Source: Coraliomargaritaceae bacterium
Lineage (GTDB): Bacteria; Verrucomicrobiota; Verrucomicrobiia; Opitutales; Coraliomargaritaceae
Direction: 5' to 3'
Assembly: GCA_965656495.1 (NCBI GenBank)
Contig: CBFHKU010000022.1
Coordinates: 1 to 10,614, forward strand
DNA: 10,614 nt
The notes under the pieces are model-generated. The model ran no database searches and was not told the origin of the DNA. It saw nothing but the letters and a program-made list of their open reading frames with translations. Position numbers and translations under genes: made by a program. Positions 1-7,775 of the stretch are shown here, one piece after another. Each line of letters starts with the position of its first letter. Position 1 is the stretch's first letter.

Positions 1-10
1 TGCCTTTCAT
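1..10 (-). CDS. 5' start (MKG...) of a gene truncated by the window edge, probably IS3-family transposase OrfA
   Basis: ATG at 10-8 on the minus strand with GAAAGGA upstream, lying inside the putative IS left end. Confidence 0.55.
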
Positions 11-76
11 TGTCTGGTTCCTTTCTAGGGTTCCAGACTAACTTTTCAAGTGGACCAGTTTAAGTCACCTCGACCA
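1..76 (-). mobile_element. Left end (IRL, RBS and start of orfA) of an IS3-family insertion sequence, probably IS407 group; the element continues beyond the window start
   Basis: The minus strand from 76 reads TGGTCGAGGTGACTTAAACTGGTCCACTTGAAAAGTTAGTCTGGAACCCTAGAAAGGAACCAGACA-ATG AAA GGC A. It has a 5'-TG terminus, the AAACTGGTCCA..TTGAA..GTTAGT pattern I recognise from IS407-group left ends, a strong RBS (GAAAGGA, 19-25) 8 nt before the ATG, and an MKG start like IS3 OrfA. Only 3 codons are visible. Confidence 0.7.
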
Positions 77-156
77 CTCCTACTCTTATTCTTAATCATA
101 ATCTAAATATCAGGAATATCGAACACCCAGTATCCAACGTTCAACTAACAACTTCC
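77..156. repeat. Degenerate short tandem repeats: a hexamer tract followed by a heptamer tract
   Basis: (A)CTCCT ACTCTT ATTCTT AATCAT AATCTA at 76-105, then AATATCG AACACCC AGTATCC AACGTTC AACTAAC AACTTCC at 115-156. Confidence 0.65.
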
Positions 157-165
157 AGCCTAACT

Positions 166-228
166 CTGCGTTTATGATTTAAAGCGGAGGGGCTCACGCA
201 TTCGCGTGATCGGTGTGATTCGTAGTTT
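166..228 (+). repeat. Direct repeat, copy 1 (~63 bp)
   Basis: CTGCGTTTATGATTTAAAGCGGAGGGGCTCACGCATTCGCGTGATCGGTGTGATTCGTAGTTT matches 400-463 with 3 substitutions and 1 indel. Confidence 0.95.
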
Positions 229-256
229 TCACTCTTTGTGTTGAGCCAAGCTGGCG

Positions 257-328
257 ACCGCTAATGGGCGCTTATTTCGCTTATCCTTAAAGCAAAAATA
301 TTAGTGTTTATAAGTGAGGATTAGCGGT
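257..328. repeat. Imperfect inverted repeat built from 9-10-nt units
   Basis: Left arm ACCGCTAAT GGGCGCTTAT TTCGCTTAT (257-284); right arm ATTAGTGTTT ATAAGTGAGG ATTAGCGGT (300-328). The outer 9 bp are a perfect reverse complement. Confidence 0.8.
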
Positions 329-334
329 TCCCGG

Positions 335-396
335 CTCTGCGTTTTATAATTTAACTCAGAGTTTTTATTTTAACGCAGAGGAGCAGAGAATCAGAG
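335..396. repeat. CTCTGCGTT/AACGCAGAG palindromic element with an octamer tract
   Basis: CTCTGCGTT (335-343) pairs with AACTCAGAG (353-361) or perfectly with AACGCAGAG (372-380). Octamers ACGCAGAG GAGCAGAG AATCAGAG span 373-396. Confidence 0.75.
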
Positions 397-399
397 GCG

Positions 400-463
400 C
401 TGCGTTTTATGATTTAACGCGGAGGGGCTCACACATTCGCGTGATCGGTGTGATTTGTAGTTT
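400..463 (+). repeat. Direct repeat, copy 2 (~64 bp)
   Basis: CTGCGTTTTATGATTTAACGCGGAGGGGCTCACACATTCGCGTGATCGGTGTGATTTGTAGTTT, near-identical to 166-228. Confidence 0.95.
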
Positions 464-512
464 CCCCATCAGCGGTTTCCGAACACGCTGGTAAAGGCTT
501 CTGTGGCTGGTC

Positions 513-1226
<714 letters not shown>

Positions 1227-1230
1227 AATA

Positions 1231-2610
1231 CTAAGTGTGTAGATGTTCTTCGGTTAAAGTGATGATTTCTTTTTTCTCGGCAGCGGGGTTGACCCAATAA
1301 ATCGGTGCTTCAGATTCAAGGGCATGGCGCGCATCGCAGGTGAGTTTGGCTTTGCCGCGAACCGCATCGAGGAAATTTTTAATGTGTGGTTGGTGGGGTG
1401 GCTGGGTCAGTCCGCCCGGTAGAGCGTATTTATCCGGCGGGGCGGATTCGTAAGAGGCAATGGCATCGGAACCACCGGCTGCGACGCCAACGGCTTCTTT
1501 TTTGAGCAAGCCGCGTGCTACAAGCTCATCCCATTTGGCGGCATCCGCACCCGATTCTTTATAAATGTTGGTGTAGGCCTCGCGCTCGGAAATTTCAATG
1601 GTGCCATCGGTACCCATGAAGGATTCATAGTAGCCTCCGCCTGCACTGGTAGTCGTGAGAACTTGATAGAAGGCGCGGGCATTACCCTCCGACGTGTCAT
1701 AATCAAAGACACACATTACATTGTCAAAGTGCTCGCGGTCTTTGAAGTAACTCCGCCCACCCGAAGCCATGACGGAAGTGGGGCGTGCCCCTAAATACCA
1801 ATTAAAGATGTCGATTTGGTGCGCGCCGAGGTCGGAGATGGGTCCACCGGAGAGGCTGGTGTAGAAGCGCCAATTGAGGAAGCGGTGACGCAACTCTGCT
1901 TCGCTGAGTTCAGTTTCGCTTCCAGCGCTGAAGCCATATTGCTTGAGGACATCGGCTTTTGGAAGGATGGATGCTTTTGAAACAATATCCTGTGAGGAGC
2001 TCAAAGCGCGGTTCCATTGACCGTTAACATTGATAATCTGGCCGCAGACTTTATGTTTATGGATGAGCTCTTTGAGAGTGAAGCGGTAGCGCGGGTTACT
2101 ACGGCGCTGGTGGCCGATTTGGCAGAGCTTACCGGTACGGTCCATGGCTGCAACCATCTCGCGGGCGCCCTCGAGGGTGTTGGACATCATCTTTTCGCAG
2201 TAAACGTGGCATCCCGCTTCAAGCGCCATGACGGTATGCGGTGAATGCCAAAAGTCCGGGGTGGAAATAAAGACAGCATCCAGATCTTCCTTCTCGAGCA
2301 TCTCTGCGGCATCGAAGTAGCGCTTTATTTTTTGATCAAAGCGTTTGTAGATTGCACCATAGGTACGCCCGAGCCGTTCTTTCATGAGGTCGCATGCCGC
2401 AACAAAATGGATTCCCGGGATGTTGACCATTGCGTTGAAAAGCACCTCGTGTTGTTTGCCGCAGCCAATGAACCCAACCCGGATGTCGTCGCTTGGGCCC
2501 ATCGCATTGCGAGCTTTCAGGATAGAGGGAGCCCCCAACGCGAGACCGGCGCCCATCGCAGATTTTGTGATGAAATCGCGACGTGAAAGATTGTTTAATT
2601 CCGACAGCAT
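1231..2610 (-). CDS. Tat-exported Gfo/Idh/MocA-family NAD(P)-dependent oxidoreductase
   Basis: 459 aa. Twin-arginine leader SRRDFIT...APSILKA, Rossmann [44 protein letters not shown], and catalytic-type DLGAHQID. Confidence 0.93.
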   Translation of the reverse strand: MLSELNNLSRRDFITKSAMGAGLALGAPSILKARNAMGPSDDIRVGFIGCGKQHEVLFNAMVNIPGIHFVAACDLMKERLGRTYGAIYKRFDQKIKRYFDAAEMLEKEDLDAVFISTPDFWHSPHTVMALEAGCHVYCEKMMSNTLEGAREMVAAMDRTGKLCQIGHQRRSNPRYRFTLKELIHKHKVCGQIINVNGQWNRALSSSQDIVSKASILPKADVLKQYGFSAGSETELSEAELRHRFLNWRFYTSLSGGPISDLGAHQIDIFNWYLGARPTSVMASGGRSYFKDREHFDNVMCVFDYDTSEGNARAFYQVLTTTSAGGGYYESFMGTDGTIEISEREAYTNIYKESGADAAKWDELVARGLLKKEAVGVAAGGSDAIASYESAPPDKYALPGGLTQPPHQPHIKNFLDAVRGKAKLTCDARHALESEAPIYWVNPAAEKKEIITLTEEHLHT

Positions 2611-2635
2611 AGCGGTGTTCTACAGGTGTTTAATT

Positions 2636-3154
2636 TTACCACTTCTTGAGTAAAGTAAAGCGGTTGTGATTTGCCAGCGCGAGTGCGGCGACAATCATGA
2701 GAATATGAATGCCGAGCCATGCAACACCTGCATCTTGCTTGATAAGAATCAGGCCGAACGTGAGGCTGGTGTAGAGGAGACCCATAGCGAAAAGAGTGAA
2801 GCGTGTAGCGATTCCTATTAATAAGGTAATACCAAGAATAAGCAAGGCGGGGCCTAGGATTATGTTGTAAATATCAAGCCCCCACGCCGGGATGAATGGC
2901 TCTCCGGAAAATTTATCGTAGAGAGGTGCGGGGACACCCTGATAGTTGGAGAGTGCGTATGCCTTGGAGGTGGTTGCTTCGCTAAGACCGTATGCATTGG
3001 GAGCGCCGTCGATCATGACCTCTTTTGAGCCTGTGCTGGTCCCGGCGAATTTTTCAATACCTGTTTGGAGGGCTCGCACTGCAAGCCAGAGGCGCAGCAG
3101 AAGCATGCTAAGGGTGAGTCCAAGGTCGCTTTTTAGAGGTTCTGTTTGAGTCAT
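2636..3154 (-). CDS. DoxX-family (DoxD-like) membrane protein
   Basis: 172 aa with about 4 TM helices. LLLRLWLAVRALQTGIEKF fits the DoxX R...G..K signature; a long periplasmic loop precedes LGITLLIGIATR (G..LLLG..TR). Confidence 0.8.
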   Translation of the reverse strand: MTQTEPLKSDLGLTLSMLLLRLWLAVRALQTGIEKFAGTSTGSKEVMIDGAPNAYGLSEATTSKAYALSNYQGVPAPLYDKFSGEPFIPAWGLDIYNIILGPALLILGITLLIGIATRFTLFAMGLLYTSLTFGLILIKQDAGVAWLGIHILMIVAALALANHNRFTLLKKW

Positions 3155-3426
3155 GATTCTAATGTTTGCTTAAAACTGTATAGTATGGATGACGCGATTC
3201 CTGTTTTGACACAAATCTTTTTTTAATAAAATCGGGCTTTTGTGGGATATCAGCCCCGTTTTAATTTTTCATGCGGCTTTTCTTTTTTTTGAAAATTTCT
3301 TAAAGCATTATTAGTCATGTATATAAATATTCTTAGTATTTGATTGTCTGTCGCTAGGTGCAGATAGCAGCTTTGTGGCTATATTTTTATTTTGACAAAT
3401 TACGTCATATGATTCGTAGTCCGCGT
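3155..3426. promoter_or_regulatory. AT-rich divergent promoter region between the DoxX operon and the AraC operon
   Basis: Non-coding, markedly AT-rich gap between divergent genes, containing an imperfect inverted repeat at 3227-3263. Individual promoters could not be placed with confidence. Confidence 0.6.
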
Positions 3427-4251
3427 ATGGCTTTGATGCTAGAAACGACTGTAGATAACCCCAAAGAGACCGCGTCTCGCTTTTTAGATGATTTGCAGCC
3501 GGGCCAAATGTTGGAAGCATTGTTCGATGCAGTACCGGGGGCATTCTTCTTCGTAAAGGATCGCAAGAGTCGTTTTATGTCGGGCAGCCAAAGTTTTGCC
3601 GAGACGCTGGGGGAGGATTCCGTTTTGCCCATGATCGGGAAAACGGACTATGATTACAGCCCGGATTTTTTGGCAGATACCTTCTACGCCGATGACCAGT
3701 CCGTGATGAACACTGGAGTCGCTATTTTTAATAAAACCGAGCTCGTGCCGTCTGCGGATGGTTCTTTGGACTGGTTGTGCACGACCAAGATTCCGCTTAA
3801 AGGAAAGGACGGCTCCATTGTAGGTCTTGCGGGGGTGGCGCGTATCATTCGCGAAAGTGATGCTCTTTATGCCGACCATCCTGAGATGCGAGCGATTGTG
3901 GATTATGTGCGGGAGCACTATCGCGGGAAAGTCACGGTTGCAGATTTGGCACGGGCAGGTGGCATCTCGGTGAGTTCGCAGGAGCGCTTGTTTAAAAAGA
4001 CGTTTGGTCTTACGCCGATAATGTACTTGCGCAAGACGCGCCTCAATGCGGCCTGTAAGCTGTTGCGCGATACCAAAGTCAGTCTAGCAGCCATTGCGCA
4101 AAAATGCGGCTTTAACGACCAAACCAGTATGACGCGGGCGTTTCGAATGGAGTTAAAAATAACACCGTTGAAATACCGCCGCAAATTTACGCTAGTCCTA
4201 CGCAATCGCAGCTACGGTAACAAGTCCGTAGTCCTTCGTGCTCAACTCTAG
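3427..4251 (+). CDS. AraC-family transcriptional regulator with an N-terminal PAS-like domain
   Basis: PAS part: LFDAVPGAFFFVKDRKSRF...IGKTDYDY...ADDQSVM...TTKIPL...IVGLAG. AraC HTH: LERLF-like QERLFKKTFGLTP...RLNAACKLL...IAQKCGFNDQTSMTRAFR...TPLKYR. The start is uncertain (ATG 3409, 3427 or 3436); the ORF-track start at 3358 lies in AT-rich intergenic DNA. Confidence 0.93.
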   Translation: MALMLETTVDNPKETASRFLDDLQPGQMLEALFDAVPGAFFFVKDRKSRFMSGSQSFAETLGEDSVLPMIGKTDYDYSPDFLADTFYADDQSVMNTGVAIFNKTELVPSADGSLDWLCTTKIPLKGKDGSIVGLAGVARIIRESDALYADHPEMRAIVDYVREHYRGKVTVADLARAGGISVSSQERLFKKTFGLTPIMYLRKTRLNAACKLLRDTKVSLAAIAQKCGFNDQTSMTRAFRMELKITPLKYRRKFTLVLRNRSYGNKSVVLRAQL

Positions 4252-4281
4252 TAACATAAATAAACCCAAACTCCCAAATCA

Positions 4282-5838
4282 GTGAAACACAGTAGTAACG
4301 ATAAAACGATATTCTGGGGCTCCTTCATTGCCCTTATCACAACTTCAATGGCATTTATAATTCGTGCCATTTTAATTAACAGTGGCATTTGGCCGGAGCA
4401 GTTTGGCTTGGACAAGGTAGAATCCGGCGTTCTTTTTGGCGCGGGAATTTGGCCTTTTGCAATCAGTATCATCGTCTTCAGTTTGATCATCGACCGCGTG
4501 GGATACAAATTTGCGATGTACTTCAGTTTCATCTGCTACGCAATTTTTGGCGCACTGGCATTGATGGCATACGCAAGTGTAAATGGTGAAGTGAGTGATT
4601 TGGCGGCGGCGCAGGCTAAAGCCTGGGGTTATCTTTATTGGGGGTCGGTCATTCTGGGCTTGGGGAATGGTACCGTAGAAGCGTTTATCAATCCAGTAGT
4701 GGCGACTTTATTTAAGGATGAAAAATCCAAGTGGCTGAATATTTTGCATGCCGGCTGGCCGGGTGGCCTTGTTTTAGGCGGAGTGCTTGCAATTGGACTT
4801 GGAGGATTAGTGGCCAGTGACTGGCGTATTTTGGTAGGGCTCATGTTCCTGCCTGCCTTGGTTTATTTGGTCATGTTGGCTAAAGTTGATTTCCCGGTGA
4901 ATGAACGCGTTGCGGCGGGATCGAGTTACCGTGAAATGCTCGCTGAGTTGGGCACCGCGGGTGCTTTTATCGCGTTTTATTTAATCTACGCACAATTGGG
5001 TAGTGTTTTCGCTTGGTCCGGTGCGCTCACATGGGGGCTTCTGGCTGCCTCGGTCATTGCGTATGCATTTTATAGCCGGTCCTTTGGTAACCCGCTTCTT
5101 TTAGTGCTCGTCATTATCATGATGCCCTTGGCGACGACTGAATTGGGAACGGATGGTTGGATTTCAGCACTCATGGAAAAGCCGATGCATGCTGCGGGAT
5201 GGGATCCCACCTGGGTCTTGGTTTACACCTCCTTCATCATGATGGTATTGCGCTTTAATGCCGGGCCTGTGATTGAGCGCTTTGGCCCCTTGGGCTTGCT
5301 GGCGCTTTGCTCGGCGCTCGCAATTCTTGGCCTTTACCTGCTCTCCTTTGCCACTGCGGTGGCCTTTATCTTTATCGCCGCAACCATTTACGGAGTCGCA
5401 AAGACTTTCTTTTGGCCTACCATGTTGGGCGTGGTGGCGGAGCAAACTCCCAAGGGTGGGGCGCTCACCCTCAATGCCATTGCGGGAATCGGCATGCTTT
5501 CGGTTGGAATTCTCGGCGGACCTTTCATTGGATTTTTGCAAGAGAGTTCGGTGACCTCTGCGATTGAGGAAGAACTACCCGCAGTTTACGAAGCGGTCAT
5601 TCAAGAAAATGATTACCTGCTCGGGCAATATACAGCCTTGAACGCCACGGCGGTTGCGGAACTTCCGGAGTCCGTACAGGCGGAGGCCAACACGATTCGC
5701 GAGCGGGAAACACAGGGTGCACTCGCCAAAATGTGTCTCTTTCCGGCCTTCATGTTAGTCTGCTACATAGGACTGATGCTCTATTTCAAAGGCAAAGGTG
5801 GCTACAAACCAAAGGTCCTTTCCGGGGCGGCACATTGA
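4282..5838 (+). CDS. Major facilitator superfamily transporter, probable sugar or sugar-derivative permease
   Basis: 518 aa, GTG start, many TM helices. MFS loop motifs IIDRVGYK and VIERFGPLG; GNGTVEAFINPVVATL and GVAKTFFWPTMLGVVAE. Confidence 0.92.
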   Translation: MKHSSNDKTIFWGSFIALITTSMAFIIRAILINSGIWPEQFGLDKVESGVLFGAGIWPFAISIIVFSLIIDRVGYKFAMYFSFICYAIFGALALMAYASVNGEVSDLAAAQAKAWGYLYWGSVILGLGNGTVEAFINPVVATLFKDEKSKWLNILHAGWPGGLVLGGVLAIGLGGLVASDWRILVGLMFLPALVYLVMLAKVDFPVNERVAAGSSYREMLAELGTAGAFIAFYLIYAQLGSVFAWSGALTWGLLAASVIAYAFYSRSFGNPLLLVLVIIMMPLATTELGTDGWISALMEKPMHAAGWDPTWVLVYTSFIMMVLRFNAGPVIERFGPLGLLALCSALAILGLYLLSFATAVAFIFIAATIYGVAKTFFWPTMLGVVAEQTPKGGALTLNAIAGIGMLSVGILGGPFIGFLQESSVTSAIEEELPAVYEAVIQENDYLLGQYTALNATAVAELPESVQAEANTIRERETQGALAKMCLFPAFMLVCYIGLMLYFKGKGGYKPKVLSGAAH

Positions 5839-5859
5839 TCACGTAAACTTAATTTAATT

Positions 5860-7041
5860 ATGTCCTCACAAGAAGTATTGAAGGTCGGTTTAATCGGTGG
5901 CGGCGGGGGTGCTTTTTTTGCCCATCCGCACCAGAAAGCGATTCATTTGGATGGCACGCGGCGGGTGGTTGCGGCGGCGCTCCGGAGCAATCCGGATGCA
6001 GCGCTCGAGGATGCCGCAAACTGGAGCTATCCGATTCAGGGTTATGAAAGCTTTGATGCCATGATTGAGGCACAAGCCGATTTGCCCAAAAATGAGCGCC
6101 TTGATTATGTGGTGGTTGTCACACCGAATCATGCGCATTTTGCCCCAGCCTTGAAAGCGGTTGAAGCCGGCATTCCGGTTTTTTGTGAAAAGCCGCTGAC
6201 GCTGAATTTAGCGGAGGCCGAAGAACTTGCAGCGGCGGTTAAGCGGCAGCAGGTACCTTTTGCGGTGGCGCATACCTACCTCGGGCATTGGAGCTCGCGC
6301 TTGGCCCGGCATATCGTGCAGACGGGTCTGATTGGCGAGGTTCGCTGGGTGGATGCTGCTTATCTGCAGGGTTGGCTTGCGGGCAAGACCGAGGAGGCTG
6401 GCGTGCAGCAGGCCGAATGGCGCACCGATCCCAAGCGTTCCGGGATCTCGAATTGTGGCGGCGATATCGGAACCCATGCGCTCATGCAATTGCGCTACGT
6501 GACCGGGCTTGAGATCGAGCGACTTTCAGCACGACTTGAGGTTTTGGTTGCGGGGCGTTCGTTGGACGACCACTTCACTTCTTATTGTGAACTGAGCAAT
6601 GGTGCCAAGGCAATGGTGCGTGCTTCACAAATCGCGATCGGCCACAAGAACGACCTCAGTATTGAGGTTAACGGAAGTAAAGGTAGCTTGGTGTGGCGGC
6701 AGGAGGATTCCGAGACGCTAAAAGTGATGTTACCCGGTCAACCGGACCGCATCTATTCGCGGGGTGAGGTGAGTGCCAATGATGGCTTTTTAGGAGAGTT
6801 GCCGGATGATTTGATGTCGCAACTCACGCTTCCTTCCGGGCATGTTGAGGGTTTTCATGACGCCCTCGGTCGCCTGCATCGAGATTTTGAGGTCGATGTT
6901 CGCGCGTATCATTCCGGCGAGGCATTTGCCTGTGACGGTTCCCGCTATGCTACGGTGGAGGACGGACGTATTGGAATGGCCTTTTTGCAAGCGGCAGTCG
7001 CATCCAGTGCAAAGGATGGCGCATGGACTCAACTGGATTAG
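5860..7041 (+). CDS. Cytoplasmic Gfo/Idh/MocA-family oxidoreductase
   Basis: 393 aa with no signal peptide. KVGLIGGGGGAF, VVVTPNHAHF, FCEKPL, WRTDP, GDIGTH and PSGHVEGF motifs. Confidence 0.94.
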   Translation: MSSQEVLKVGLIGGGGGAFFAHPHQKAIHLDGTRRVVAAALRSNPDAALEDAANWSYPIQGYESFDAMIEAQADLPKNERLDYVVVVTPNHAHFAPALKAVEAGIPVFCEKPLTLNLAEAEELAAAVKRQQVPFAVAHTYLGHWSSRLARHIVQTGLIGEVRWVDAAYLQGWLAGKTEEAGVQQAEWRTDPKRSGISNCGGDIGTHALMQLRYVTGLEIERLSARLEVLVAGRSLDDHFTSYCELSNGAKAMVRASQIAIGHKNDLSIEVNGSKGSLVWRQEDSETLKVMLPGQPDRIYSRGEVSANDGFLGELPDDLMSQLTLPSGHVEGFHDALGRLHRDFEVDVRAYHSGEAFACDGSRYATVEDGRIGMAFLQAAVASSAKDGAWTQLD

Positions 7042-7042
7042 A

Positions 7043-7675
7043 ATGAAGGTTTTTCTGGCAGTCACCGGCACTTTACTAGCTTCGACGCTTCTTGGAGCTA
7101 GCGCGAGTGAGGTGCTCAGTATTGATGCCGCGATTGCGAAAGGAAATATTCAGGCAGTACAGACCTTGCTGGCTGAAAACCCTGAAACGATTCAACGCGG
7201 AACGCATCCACGGCTCAGCCCACTGAGTCAGGCTATTATGCGAAAACGGGATAAGATTGCTTTGCTGCTCATTGAATCAGGCGCGAACGCGAATGCGGTT
7301 GATTCGAGTCAGCGAACTCCCTTGCATCTATGCGTCGAACGTGACCTTCCGGCGGTGGCTGCGGCTTTGTTAAAAGCGGGTGCGGACGCAGATCGCCACG
7401 ACAAGGTCGGCTGGACTCCGCTGCACCATGCCGCTGCCAAGAATCGACTCGAGCTTACCAAGGTATTATTAAAGGGGGGTGCAAATCCTTTAGTGCTCAG
7501 TCGTGCAGGGGGTACGGCTTTGCATGAGGCTGCCGTCAAAGGAAGTGCAGCCCTAGTGGAACTGCTTATTGCCGCCGGTATTGAAACTTCAACGCGAGCT
7601 GCAAACGGAAAGACAGCTTTGGACATCGCCAGAGCCTACAAAAACACGGCGGTGATACCGTTGCTAACAATATAA
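7043..7675 (+). CDS. Secreted ankyrin-repeat protein (about 5 repeats)
   Basis: ATG at 7043, 1 nt after the upstream TAG, gives the Sec leader MKVFLAVTGTLLASTLLGASA. Repeats SPLSQA, RTPLHLC, GWTPLHHAA, GGTALHEAA and GKTALDIA, most followed by LL..GA. The ORF-track start at 6842 overlaps the previous gene and is unlikely. Confidence 0.92.
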   Translation: MKVFLAVTGTLLASTLLGASASEVLSIDAAIAKGNIQAVQTLLAENPETIQRGTHPRLSPLSQAIMRKRDKIALLLIESGANANAVDSSQRTPLHLCVERDLPAVAAALLKAGADADRHDKVGWTPLHHAAAKNRLELTKVLLKGGANPLVLSRAGGTALHEAAVKGSAALVELLIAAGIETSTRAANGKTALDIARAYKNTAVIPLLTI

Positions 7676-7690
7676 ACCCATTAAAATTTT

Positions 7691-7726
7691 CCAGCCTTCG
7701 TTGAAATAATCGATGCCCAAGGTTGG
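7691..7726 (+). other. Intergenic stem-loop, possible mRNA processing or stability element
   Basis: CCAGCCTT/AAGGTTGG outer stem and CGTTGA/TCGATG inner stem, both relying on G:U pairs on the + strand. No following U-tract. Confidence 0.35.
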
Positions 7727-7775
7727 TCTGAAAAGAAACCCTAAAACCATTTCATAAACTCAAACAATCAAACCT

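Noticed and set aside
164..463. Possible CRISPR array
   Set aside because: Only two long copies and one partial copy, irregular spacing, intervening DNA that is itself repetitive, and no cas genes in the window.
470..490. CAGCG/CGCTG hairpin downstream of the lipoprotein gene as a terminator
   Set aside because: Short stem and no U-tract on the minus strand.
3392..3413. TTGACA ... TATGAT as a sigma70 promoter
   Set aside because: The spacer is only 10 nt, and there is no good -10 hexamer at 16-18 nt.
6842..7042. N-terminal extension of the ankyrin ORF
   Set aside because: Overlaps the Gfo gene by 200 nt; ATG 7043 gives a clean signal peptide immediately after the upstream stop.
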